DNA of 63,172 bases, the filler included, from Welwitschia mirabilis (lineage: Eukaryota): NCBI GenBank assembly GCA_051453625.1. It is 4 parts of one record of this genome, joined end to end, with 100 filler letters (N's around TTAATTAATTAA, not from the genome) between each part and the next. Parts side by side here need not be neighbours in the genome. Positions count along the whole stretch, not along the records: positions 50,926 to 61,564 come from JBOZIK010000001.1; positions 61,665 to 63,172 come from JBOZIK010000001.1; 2 more parts are not named here. One strand, 5' to 3'. Made by a program: the position numbers and the translations under genes. The notes below the pieces were generated by a model that did not search any database, was not told the origin of the DNA, and saw only the letters and a program-made list of their open reading frames with translations. Numbering within the stretch: the stretch's first letter is position 1; each line of letters opens with the position of its first letter. Of the stretch, positions 50,926 to 63,172 are shown piece by piece.

Positions 50926-53900
50926 CTTTTTAGCACAATCCCTGAAATCTCCCAGATTTAAAGATTTAGGTGCAGCAATGATAAATGTAACATTAGATGA
51001 AAATAAAAATATTAGTAGGGAATTAATTGACATTAGAGTAAGTGTTAATATCATGTTACTACACATTTATAAGAGGCTTTATTTAGAGGATAAAATAGAT
51101 ACTACTCAGATTCTCTTAGAATTAGTGGATACTTCAGTTAAGAAATCCTTAGGGGTTATTAAATATTTAGTGATCCAAATTAAAAGGCCTACTACCCAAG
51201 AGATGTAATTATTATAAAAGTTGAACACAACATAGAATACTCATTAATTCTAAGATGAGCCTTCTATGCAATAGTCCAGTACATTATTGATACTAGAACT
51301 ATAATGATAAAGTGTCACTTAGGAAATAAAACATTTACAATTAGAGTTTTTAATGTAGCTAAGAAATGAGTATGTAATAAAATGGACTTAGAGGATAATA
51401 TCAAATCAACTTTTTTTTTAACATCATTTTCTTAAATAAAGAGATCCATTATTACATGATCCTAGACTTTATGATGACCCACTTGAGATTGAAAAATTAG
51501 AAGCCATTGATGTACAACTTAAAAATTGAAGAAGAAATAAAACCTTTAGATTACAAGAAAGTTCAATTGTTAAATTCATACCTTAAGGGAAATTGTCCAC
51601 TACATGAGCCAGAAATTGACAATCATAATTTGAATTTGAATATGAAATTTTTTCTAGTGGATTAAAACATATTTTTCTTTATAATGATTAAAATAAAGCT
51701 ATTATAATCAATGAAAATATTTTATCAAAGTTCATATTAATCTCTACTTTGACTTCCAAAATTTGTATTTTCATGTGGTTTCATAGAGTTATATCTACTA
51801 TCCCTCTCTTCTTCCAATTGATTTTACTCAAAAATAATCATATAAATTTCATGTTTTATCATTTAGTAAACATTTATTTTAGACCTTATTTCTCTTAAAG
51901 CATGCAATATCTTAAGGCCATCTAAATAGTTCCTTTATTTTTAATAAAAATATTAAATAGATTTTAGGATTTCAATAAAATTTACTGGCTTTGGTATTTC
52001 CTTCTAATTTTTATAATTTTGAATTTGATTTTATTTTTAGCTTTCTATTTTGTTTTTTTGTGTATGTTGTCCCTTTGTCATTATTATGATAGTTAGGACA
52101 ATAGTATTTCTTTTTATTTTATGCCTTTAGTTATCTACTAGATTCTTACTTTTTGTATGTGCTTTTTGTTTTCTCTGAATGATGAGAAGAATGACTGTTA
52201 GTTCTTTTTAATTCTGGTTTTCTACTATTTTGAGAAAATACATTCTAATGGCTTTGTTGAAACTTCTAACTTGATTACTTAAGAATTTTATAAAGTTAAT
52301 GAGTAAGGCTAAAAATATACAAGCAACCATCTGCATGTTCTCTTAGATTTTTTCTTTGAATGCCATTTTAACATTACTTGATCATCTTTTAAACATAATT
52401 TATGTATTTATTTCCATAACTAGTCTTTAACTTGGGCATTTTATGATGGTAATATTGGTTTATAAACTTCAATTTTAAGGAAGATGCTTTATTTTCGATG
52501 TTTTCCTTAATGATGAAAAGGTTCTAGATTGTTTAATAGTGTTTTTTTTTTTTAAATCTTTATCTTATGATTTCATCTTTGTCTTTTGGAGTGTTTTGTC
52601 ACGTAGAATGTTTTCATTAGGAAAAAGAAGTGAAATAAGATCATGATGTTTTATATTTGAGATATTTCAAAAACATGGTCAGTATGATGTCCTATCATAA
52701 GTATACCAAGGAGAATATTTCTAAGAGGAGCCTTTAATAGTGTAATATGATAGTTGTGGGAACTCCATTAGAAGGTTAGTTAACCATGCTTCATGAGTCC
52801 TTACTTCTTTGACGGTTGTTGTACTTCCCTCATCATGGATAATAAATTAATAAAAAGTTAGATTCTATAAGATCAGTGATTTCCTAGTGTTATCAAAGAT
52901 ATTACTTATTTTTTAGACTCTTAATATTTTCACATGATCATTTCATCTCTTGAGATTTAGTGTTTGTTTTGAGATGTTATCAAGTAAGTTTATTTTTAAG
53001 CAACTATTTAGTCTTATCATTTATTGTTTAAAGCATTTCATTTTTAGCATTATCATAATTTCTACCTTATCAAATAAAATTTATTATACATTAAGTCATG
53101 CATTTTAAAATCAAGTGATGTTATGATTTCTTTCATAGGATTCTATTAGGTTAAAATTTCAAATGGGTTGACTATATTTTATTTATGTTATCTTCTATCT
53201 ATTATTTTTATTTTTTTTGTGGTTTAGTTAGTTATAACAAGTTGATTTATTGCTTAAATAGTTTTGTGATGTTTATCAACACTGCTGATAATTATTTTAT
53301 GATGGAACATTTTCTTTGTTTGTCAAAAAATTCCATACATCTATATTTTTTTCCAAATTTGACATGTTTTTACTTATCTTTGCACTTAATTTAGAAAGTT
53401 GTCCAACATTTAAAAACATCCATTATCTACCTTCTTACTCTTATTTGCTTTCTTTACTTTATTTATCAATATGAGATGTATTATTTTTATCATTGAATTT
53501 GTGAGATGTATTTTATAAGCTTATTATATAATTTTTAGATTAATTTTTTATAAGATAAATTGACTCATATTTGTGGTTTTTTACTTGTTTTTTATTAGGG
53601 ACTAATAAAGGCTAAGTGGGAAGGATAGGTTGTGTTACTAATTTTTGGTTATTTAATGGAATTTTATGAGCTATTTTACAAGACATTTACATAGGTTTAG
53701 ATGCAATTCTGAGGATTTTAGAGAATTAATAGAATATCTTAGAAATATGTAATTCTTATCACAATTTGAGAAATTTAAGATAAATTTTGATACTCATGCT
53801 TATGGAGGAAGATTACTAATAGAAAATGCCAACTTCTCCTTATTTAGATGATTAAAAAAGACCATTGTCATCTCTGTTGTCCCCATGACAGATAGGATGA

Positions 53901-54685
53901 TAATACATTTACATGCTAATGTGGACTACTAAATCATATAATGAGTCATCTTTTTTTAATGAGCTATCATCCCCTATATCATCCGAATAACGTTCAAGAC
54001 GATATTATAACTGACTCTGATAGTCGACATTTAACCATTTCATCAATTTATTTTCTATAATAAAGCATGTTTTGGAGCATTTTTTATTGTCAATTTTTAC
54101 TACGTTACCCTATAGATAAGACCCTTTTTTATTCTCCTCTCTATCTTTCATGCATTAGAAATTCTCATAATAGGAGATTGAAGGATAGACGATTCATCTC
54201 GAGAGTTGCAGAAGATGTTCTCTTAGTGGAGGGCTATGTATCCTTCATTAAGGCCCATCTATTTTGTAACCTAAGCATTATTCCTATTTGATGTAAACCT
54301 TGTTTTCATTATTACATTTAGATTTGTTAGATGTTCCTTTTAGTCTATATTACCCTTGACATGGTAACAATTTCATTACTAATATAGATATTAAGAATAA
54401 CCTTTATCAAGGTTGAAAGAAAGTAGTTTAGATTTATTTTGTATTACATTTAGGTTTAGTTGCATTTGCATTTGCATTATATATTTATTTACTATATTGT
54501 TTTGGTTACTTTATTTCTTTGTAAAAATCAATTGTTAGTCTTATCTTATAGTCTTCAATGAGAATACGACATTTAGATTCAGTCCCAGCTATATTACTGT
54601 GTTGTATTATGTAAGATATCTATTTTATTCATGAATAACATAATATTTTTAAGTATAAATACTTATACAAATATGCAATGCAATA
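50926..54685 (+). mobile_element. Athila-like relic: aspartic protease, non-coding region, PPT and 3' LTR (~53628-54685)
   Basis: PRFKDLGAAMINVTL...ELIDIRVSVNIMLLHIYKRL...LELVDTSVKKSLGVI matches the Athila protease region (PKLKDPG..ALCDLGASVNLMP..LQLADRSVK); also SLILR*AFYA (cf. PLILGRPFLA). PPT GGCTAAGTGGGAAGGATA at 53610-53627. Confidence 0.8.
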
Positions 54686-54929
54686 ACGTGAACAACCTTA
54701 AGAACCATGCAAGAAAATATAAGACAAATAACCAGAGTATAATAAAGTTTCATAAAGAAGTTTTCTTAAGTATCATTCTACTTGTTATCTAGATGATGTA
54801 GGAGATGATCCCATCTCATAAGAGTTCCACATTAGCTACTACATTGATCTAGTTAGCATTGTTCTTAACTTAAGTATTCTTGTTGTCCATACAGTTATTT
54901 AGATGATGAGGTGAATGATAGGCTTTCAT

Positions 54930-55634
54930 AGAGTTTTCCATGTATTGCATTAGTCTCTTTATTTTACAAAATTTTTACCTTAGATAAGAAATCTTATAAA
55001 TTTCTTTAAATGCTATAAAATGTAATGAAGATTGAATTTTTTTAATCTCATTTATCTTAGCTCTCCATTATTATTAAAACTTAGCATAAAACTATCTAAT
55101 GTCCTATAAAAACTACTCTAAATACCCTATTAAATACATACAATTTAGTAATGTAACATAGTACTCCACTTAGCCTTCTTAGTTCTGAACAAAATAAGGG
55201 GAACAACCATGATTGTAAGCCAAATTATCTATAATAGATTAAATAACAAGTTATAACATAAACTCAAAAAAAATTTTAGGAGCTTTAAAATGTAGGATAG
55301 AAAAGTTAAAAAAAGATAACTAAACATTTCATGTCTGTAGTGCAATTCATCGTACTATCATCTTAGTGGTCATTTAGATAATGTAAGGGATGACAAGCTA
55401 AAAAAAAGTTCTTGAAAAATAGAATATTGTAAAACATTATTTAAAAAAATAGACATTAAATATATTGATAATTAATAGCCCTTCCACTGAAATGTACAAC
55501 AAATAAAAGATAATTGTGGATCATACAAATAGTCCTCATCATGAACTATAAAATGATATAAAAAAGTATGCATGAAATCCATTAATAAAAACATACATCA
55601 TGCTAATACTCAAAATAAGATATCTATATATCTA

Positions 55635-55665
<31 letters not shown>

Positions 55666-58650
55666 GTATACATACATATATATATATATAGAGAAAGATA
55701 CAAAATAACAATAAGAAATTACTCCCCTCATCGAGTCATGATAAACTCCTAGTGGGTGGTAGGCTTAAGTGTAGGTGGAGAAGTGGATAAATTCTTAAGA
55801 TCTATAGGGAAACGATGGTCTAATGATATAGTAATAGTCCATGTTGTCTTTTCTCCCTGTACTCACACTATCTCTAGAAGATCCATCATTACACTGTGCT
55901 CTATCTATAGGATGCATTATCATACATTTACAAGCTACTCCTTAGTATGTATGGAGCCTATGTTATAATGTAGAGATGTCTTGACCTATAATGCCTTTGA
56001 TAGTGTTAATGGTTATCTACTAGAAGGATCTAAACTACTTAAGTAAATCACCAACCATAGGTCTATGAACCTGAGGTCTCTTTACCTCTCATGGTACTTG
56101 TATGCCCATGACCTATAGGTAATAAGCTAAAGTATACATGTGCATGAATCGCTACTCATATACAAGCTTTAATATACCAAAGCATCTAAACATGGCTGAG
56201 AAGAAACATGGATATCCCAAAGTCTGTAGCTATTATGCCTCTATCATGGGTCTGAGTCTTCTTCATGTAAATTTGGGTAAGTTCATATACTCACCTTACC
56301 TGAATATTTCTAGTATCTATAATTGGATCATCATGATATAACTATTATAAAAAACAAAGGACTGATGTTGTGAATTAACCAAAATCTAATAGTCAAATTT
56401 AACTGTATCACCAAAAAAGCCTACTTATCTTATATCAAATTTGATAGTATATCTAACAATACACCATACGTATGACACTCCTCTATTGAACCAATTGAGT
56501 ATATATAAATACACTTAATACCACTAAGATCTATTACTACTACATTGTAGTTTAGAACGACTGCTATTTCATGGCCTTGAATTGTGGCTATAATCATGTC
56601 TACTAGTTATTCATGGGTATCGGGGCAATGCCCTCTGTGCATGATGTCATAGAATTCCCTAGTCTCTAATATATAGTACACATCCTATGCATCTAAAATC
56701 CACTAGATCTATAAATCTATAAGCCTCTGGTTTACCTCTAGCTCTAATTAGCTCATGAAATCCCTAAAATGTCTTTTAACATAGATAACTTTCATTTACA
56801 TAGTAAGAGATCTAACATGTCGAGGTGGACAATGTATTGGCTCTACATGCTTAGCCTTTAGTGGTACTAATGGGCTCATCTCATACTCAAGAACTTTAAC
56901 CTTAGGCTTAGCCTATTTAGCTCTACATATGTGTGACCTACTCAATCATAAATACATGATAAGTCATATAAGATCTAGTGATCATAGCTAAAATATGTTG
57001 CATGAATGCTTAAAACGACCCTAAAAATAAGTTTAAAATTAAAAATTATGAAAATATGTTCTATCCCCTTCAAAAGTATCAATACGTCTCATATTTCTTA
57101 GTTGTGTGAAGAAAAATTTGAAATGTGTGAAAAGTATAAAAAGTGTTTTTTAGGTGGGCCCCACACAAGGTAAAAAATAAAAGTGCTCAAATGAAAAATC
57201 CAATTCACTAGAAATGTAGAACATATTATACTAATCAATTTACCATAAATAACCACTATATTTTAACTTATATTTTGTAATAAAATAAGTTTTAAAATTA
57301 AAAACCTGATCTTATCTCATAAAATGCACAATTCATTGTAACTTTTAAAATACATGTGGATAACATACGTAGAAACTATGTGTTAAAAGTTAACAAATAG
57401 AAGAAAAAATTGAAAAAAATCAAGGGAGAAAAAAACCTCATTTTTCAAAATTTGCAAAAATCTAGAAATCTGGTGGTTGAATTTGATAAGGACAAGTTCC
57501 AACATGTTAGCAATGACCAAAGGTACTTTTATCTCTTATGAAATGAGCAAAAATAATAGATAATAGAAGAAAAATGAGGAAAAAGAATAGATGCCATAGT
57601 TTTATCACACTATCATCTGGATGCATCATTTAGATGATAGTCCTAAGATGACTATCAAAAAAAATCTCAGTGTCCTTTAATTTATCATCTAGACAACCTG
57701 ATGGACAACAAGGCTTAAAAAAAGTTGTCAAAAATAAAAATGTTAGTCAAGAAAGTTAGGCTCAGATATCAATATGAAGGTAACAAAATATATCAGAAGG
57801 TTTTAAAAAAGAGGAATGATGAAGAGTTATGATAAATTAGAAGGATGAGAGAAACTCAAAATATATAAAAAATAAGATAATGAAAACATACTAAGTAGGT
57901 TGAAACCTAAGAAATAAGGCTAGAAAAATGTGCCCAAATTGAAAAATAAACAAGAAAAAGTATAGAAATCCAAAGAATATAAAGAAATATTATAAAAACT
58001 ATGAATCATAACATATTATTATTGAATTAAAAGAAAATTAATATGATATTAAAAGAAACATCATTAAAAACAACAATAAAACTACTAAATAATAAAGTTC
58101 TAGATGAGGATGACAAAGTATGAAAACAAATTTAAAATAAAAAACTAGAAACCTAAAGAAAAGCAGAATGAAAATGGACACAAGGAGCATGAAAAAGATA
58201 GCTTACCTATCTTAAATTCTAATGTAGCAAACCCCCATGGAAGGCATCATAAAGCTACCTGAGTAAAAATGAATAATAAAATGTATTAAGTTCATAAAGT
58301 TCCACTAAAAAAGGTAATGATTATGATGACATGAAAGATCAAGTGCTTAAAATAATGAATGATAAGATCAAAAACTACTCAGAAATGGACTTACTTGCTC
58401 ATACTTGAAACACACTTAAATCCTTAAAAGTAAAATGATCATATGGAAATAATAAAGGTTTAGAAAATAAGAAATGCCTTTGATGATATTAAGAATGTCA
58501 TTAATTATATAACCTTAATTTTTATTACAAATTTCCATGATGAAGGAAGTGTAGCCATAGTAAAAAAAGTAAGGACCTATGAAGCATGGCCAACTGAATT
58601 CCTAGTAAAGTTTCCATAGCTACTAATAATGTTAAAGATTCCTTTTGGAA
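54930..58650 (-). mobile_element. Inverted 3' part of an Athila-like element (non-coding region, extra-ORF relic, PPT, start of 3' LTR at 55158)
   Basis: Minus-strand GGCTAAGTGGAGTACTA-TGTTAC at 55153-55175; similar to 36330-38480 in reverse. Includes a (TATG)n/(TA)n tract at ~55620-55690. Confidence 0.7.
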
Positions 58651-58828
58651 AAATTTACCCCAGTGTGATAGGTGTTGAGTTATTATTTATCAATTTAATA
58701 TCAAAGTAATTTTTTCTATTTAGTAAAACATGTTGTATCTTATGAAAAAAATATTAATCATTACAAGTCAAAAGCTAAAACAATTTATCATAATTTAGAC
58801 TTAAATCTATTAGTTTTTATATCCTCTA

Positions 58829-59033
58829 AGGGGTCGATTAAATTCCTAAGGAGTTGATCACACCTAAAGATTACACTAAAATAACTAAATTTAGAGGGGT
58901 TAACTAGAATTTTAAGGGGTCAACTAGACCTAAGTATTAAACTTTCACAACCGATCATCAAGGGTTTAACTGAATTCCTGAGGCGTTGACTAGACTTAAG
59001 CATAAAATTTTCATAGCCAACCATCAAGGGGTC
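58829..59033. repeat. Cluster of GGGGTCGACT-like short repeats with a ~69-bp duplicated unit
   Basis: AAGGGGTCGATT, GAGGGGTTAACT, AAGGGGTCAACT, AAGGGTTTAACT, GCGTTGACT and AAGGGGTC within about 200 bp. Confidence 0.7.
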
Positions 59034-59133
59034 NNNNNNNNNNNNNNNNNNNNNNNNNNNNNNNNNNNNNNNNNNNNNNNNNNNNNNNNNNNNNNNNNNN
59101 NNNNNNNNNNNNNNNNNNNNNNNNNNNNNNNNN

Positions 59134-62100
59134 AGCCTATTTAGCTCTACATATGTGTGATCTACTCAATCATAAATATGAATTAAATCAAATAAGATCT
59201 AGTGGATATAGCTAAAATACATCACATGAATTTTCAAAACGACTCAGAAAATTAGTTAAAAATGTGTAAAACTTATGAAAATATGTCATAATCCCCTCCC
59301 CTATAAAAAGTGTCAATACATCACATACTACCATGTAAGGTGAAGAAAAATGTGAAATGCATGGAAAGTTTAAAAATTTTATTTTCAGTGGGTCCCACAT
59401 AAGGTAAAAAATAAAAGTGATTAAATAAAAATTTTAATTTACTAGAAATGTATAGCACATTGTTTTAATCAATTTACCCTGAAGAATCACTACTTTTGAC
59501 TTACATTTTATCAAAAAATGCATTTTAAAATTAAAATCCTAATTCTACCTCATAAATTATATAATTCATTATATCTTTCAAAATACATGGTAAAAATTAG
59601 ATTCATTGCTTTTAATAAAAGATCTCAAAAAACTAAACAACATACATGGAAACAAACATTGAAAGGCTAAGAGATAAGAGAAAAAATTAAAAACAAAAAG
59701 GAAGGAAAAAAATATATTTCATTTTTAAAAATTTGCTCAAATATGAAAATCTGGTGGATGAATTTGATGGGAATAAGTTCCATAACATCAGTAGGGATCA
59801 AGAGCACTATCATCTCTTAAGATAATAGGTGCAAATAACAGAGAATGAAAGAAAAATAAGGGAAAAAATAGGCACTACAATTTTATTATACTATTGTCTA
59901 GTTACATCATCCAAACAACAACCCTAGGATAATTGTTAGAAAAACTCTTAGTCTCATCCATATTATCATCTACATAACTAGGTGGATGATGAGACTTTAA
60001 AAATTTTTTAAAAAATAAAAATATTAGCTAAGTAAGTTAGACTTAAATATCAGCATGAAGATAACAAAGTCTCTCAGAAGGTTTTGAAAAAGAGGGAATG
60101 ATGAAGAGTCATGATACATCAGGATGATGAGAAAAAAACTCGAAATAAATAAAAGGTAAAGTAATGAAAACATGCTACATAGGATAAAACCTAATAAAGA
60201 AGATTAAACAAATATGCTTGAACTAAAAAATAAATTAAAATAAGTATAGAATTCCAAAATATAGAAAGGAATCTCCTAAAAAATATAAAGCATAAAATAT
60301 TATTTGGCTAATTAAAATGCTAAAAGAAAATAAACATGACACTAAAAGAAATGCTTAAAGAATAATAAGGAAACTAATAAATGATAAGATTCTAGGTGAG
60401 GATGATAAGGTATAGAAACAACTTTGAAATAACAAATTCAAAAACTAAAGAAAAAACATAATGAAAATGGACACAAGGAATATGAAGAAGATAGATTATG
60501 TATCATAAATTCTAACTTAGCAAATCCTCTTAGGAGACATCATAAAGCCATCTGAGTAAAAATCCATGACAAAAAATATTGACTCTATAAAGCTTCATTA
60601 AAAAAGAAAGTGATTATAATGACATCAAAGATTAAGTACTTAGAACAATGAATGGTAAGATTAAAAGCTTCTTAGAAATGAACTCACCTACTCACATATC
60701 AAAAGACACTCAATCCTCAAAAGTATAATGATTATATAGGAATACTCAAAGTCTAAGAAATAACTAATACCTCCAATAATACTAAGAACACCACTATTGC
60801 GATGCCAAATTAAGTGTATTTGATAGGATATTTTGAGTTGTTTTGCAGATAAGCTAACAGATAAATGCTCAGTTTCTATGACAATTGAGAATCAAGGAGC
60901 ATAAGACGAAAACATGCAGTTTATCATATANNNNNNNNNNNNNNNNNNNNNNNNNNNNNNNNNNNNNNNNNNNNNNNNNNNNNNNNNGATAAAAGATGAG
61001 TAGAAGACTGTCATTCCCTATGTCATCCAGACGACAGTCAGGATAACAACCTTAGTTCAACAGAAGATACACCTATTTTCAGATGACTTGCAGTTGAAGT
61101 GAACATCTTTCCATCAGAGTCCATCATTTACCACATCGTCGAGATGACACTAGTGGATGACATCTCCAGAATCAGTCAACAACAGTTTGCATGAAGATCA
61201 GAAAGAGTTAAACTGGAAGCAAACTAAGATATCTCATTGTAAAATCCTATCATCTCCTTCATCGTCCGACGATAACATGGATGACACTCCCCTCTTACAC
61301 TTTCACAGATTATATTCCTGAATTGTCATTTGTTATTTGCAACTTTCCCTTTCCTATTAGCTATAGTTTATGTTATGCTTTTCTACTAGTCTCTTTCCGC
61401 TTTCTGCCTATAAATAAAGGTCTCCCCCCGATTTCTTAATCATCTTTGATAGTACCTGACTTTCTCGTGATAGGAGATCTTAGGACCAGAGAACCATCTT
61501 GTACTCCAGAGAGATGTTACCTTAGTGTTGAGCGACGTATCCTCCATTGAGGAACGGCTACTTTNNNNNNNNNNNNNNNNNNNNNNNNNNNNNNNNNNNN
61601 NNNNNNNNTTAATTAATTAANNNNNNNNNNNNNNNNNNNNNNNNNNNNNNNNNNNNNNNNNNNNCTTGCAGTTGAAGTGAACATCTTTCCATCAGAGTCC
61701 ATCGTTCATTGCATCGTCCAGACGACACTAGTGAACGACATCTCTAGAATCAATCAACAACAGTTTACATGAAGATCACAGAGAGTTAAACTGGAAGCAA
61801 ACTAAGATATCTCATTGTAAAATCCTATCGTCTCTTTCATCGTCCAATGACAACATGGATGACACTCCCCTCTTACACTTTCATAAATTGTATTCCCAAA
61901 TTGTTGTTTGTTATTTGTGACTTTCCCTTTCCTATTATCTATAGTTTATGTTATGCTTTTCTGCTAGTCTATTTTCCCTTTCTGCCTATAAATAAAGATC
62001 TCCCCCTCGATCCCTAATCATCTTCAACAGTACCTAACTTTCTCATGATAGGAGATCTTGGAACCAGAGAACCATCTTGTAATCCAGAGAGACATTACCT

Positions 62101-63172
62101 TGGTGTTGAGCAACATATCCTCCATTGAGAAACGACTACTTTGTGATACAGATGCACTTTTACTTTTAATATGAATTACTCTTTTTAATAATTGCAAGAA
62201 TTTATCCCTTATAGTTTATGTTGTTTTAGATTCGTAACAGGTTTCTTTAATTATATAGATTATGAGGGCAACCTTTATTAAGATTGAGCTTAGTTAGATT
62301 AGGTGCATCGCTATTTATTTCCATAGATTAGTCTTGCATTACTTTTCTATTTCGTGCATCGCAATTTAATTTAATATATTAAAGTTACTCATTTCATTTC
62401 TGAAATCAACTCTTTATTGTCAATACCATTGGCCTTCGACAGAATTATGACATTTGGATCATTCCATCTATACTAGTGTGTTGTATTTTTTATCTTATTG
62501 ATAATTAACAGGATTGAAATTAAAACGCGAACTATTGCACAAATACACACCGCAACAACCACTAATCTCATAGCCTTAAAGGGGGGCACAACCATAATTA
62601 GAGAAATAAGAACTAGAAAAGCATGATTAACTGATCTCCTAATGAATTTCCCATAACTACCAACACTGTCAAAGATTCCCTTTGAAAAAATTTATCCTAC
62701 TATGATAGGACATCATGATGACTATGTTTTTTTTTAACACAAATACAATAGATAATGATTACTCTCTCTCTCTTTCTCTCTCTCTCTTTAAGCTCAAATA
62801 ATTGCTATATGATTACATATTTAAAATGATGAAGGTTAATAAGTAAGATAAAAGATAAAAAACAATACAACTAAAGACTTTATATCATAAAAAAAAGGTA
62901 AAAGAGCCAAGGTATCTTTCTTCAAAATGAAGTTCATAGATATGAAAATGTCTTAAGATTAAATAAATCCAATGTTATCACTATAAAATGCCTAAGTATG
63001 ATACTAGTCATGAAAACTTCATAAAACAAACATATAAGTCAAATTTAAAAAATTATTAAGTAATATAATAATATCCATCAAAGGAAAAAGCTAAGAAAGA
63101 ACTCAAACAATGATAGAAAAGAAGTTATTCTTAGTAAGGGGAAGCTTCAAAACAATTTCTTATATTATGTTT
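59134..63172 (-). mobile_element. Second diverged copy of the Athila-like non-coding region (parallels 56910-58650), interrupted by a younger insertion
   Basis: AGCCTATTTAGCTCTACATATGTGTGA... starts both 56910 and 59134, and colinearity resumes after 62562. Confidence 0.75.
60795..62557 (+). mobile_element. Younger Athila-like insertion with perfect TSD; two partial LTR copies separated by a scaffold linker
   Basis: TSD ACCAC at 60790-60794 and 62558-62562; termini TATTGCG/CGCAACA; 61087-61564 and 61665-62142 are diverged copies of the same LTR segment. Confidence 0.85.

Overview
Land-plant (probably angiosperm) nuclear DNA from a gapped draft assembly, with many N-gaps and three artificial TTAATTAATTAA scaffold linkers. 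Most of the window is very AT-rich, CpG-depleted, heavily decayed and nested LTR-retrotransposon debris: several Ty1/copia relics, a CRM-type chromovirus relic, Tekay-like LTRs and many copies of one Athila-like Ty3/gypsy family. Embedded in it are two CpG-rich islands on the + strand. The first is a laccase (multicopper oxidase) gene at 23911-25406 whose 5' exons fall in a gap; the second is a tandem laccase pseudogene at 28840-30170. The laccase is atypical: HNFHLHGH instead of HPxHLHGH, Met axial ligand, destroyed miR397 site, no final intron, an extra Cys pair and a 22-aa C-terminal extension. The most unusual non-genic signal is a nested ~38-bp palindrome repeated more than 20 times through the Athila-like family. 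I see no convincing evidence of a wholly new biological system. All family assignments come from motifs recognised by eye, not from database searches.
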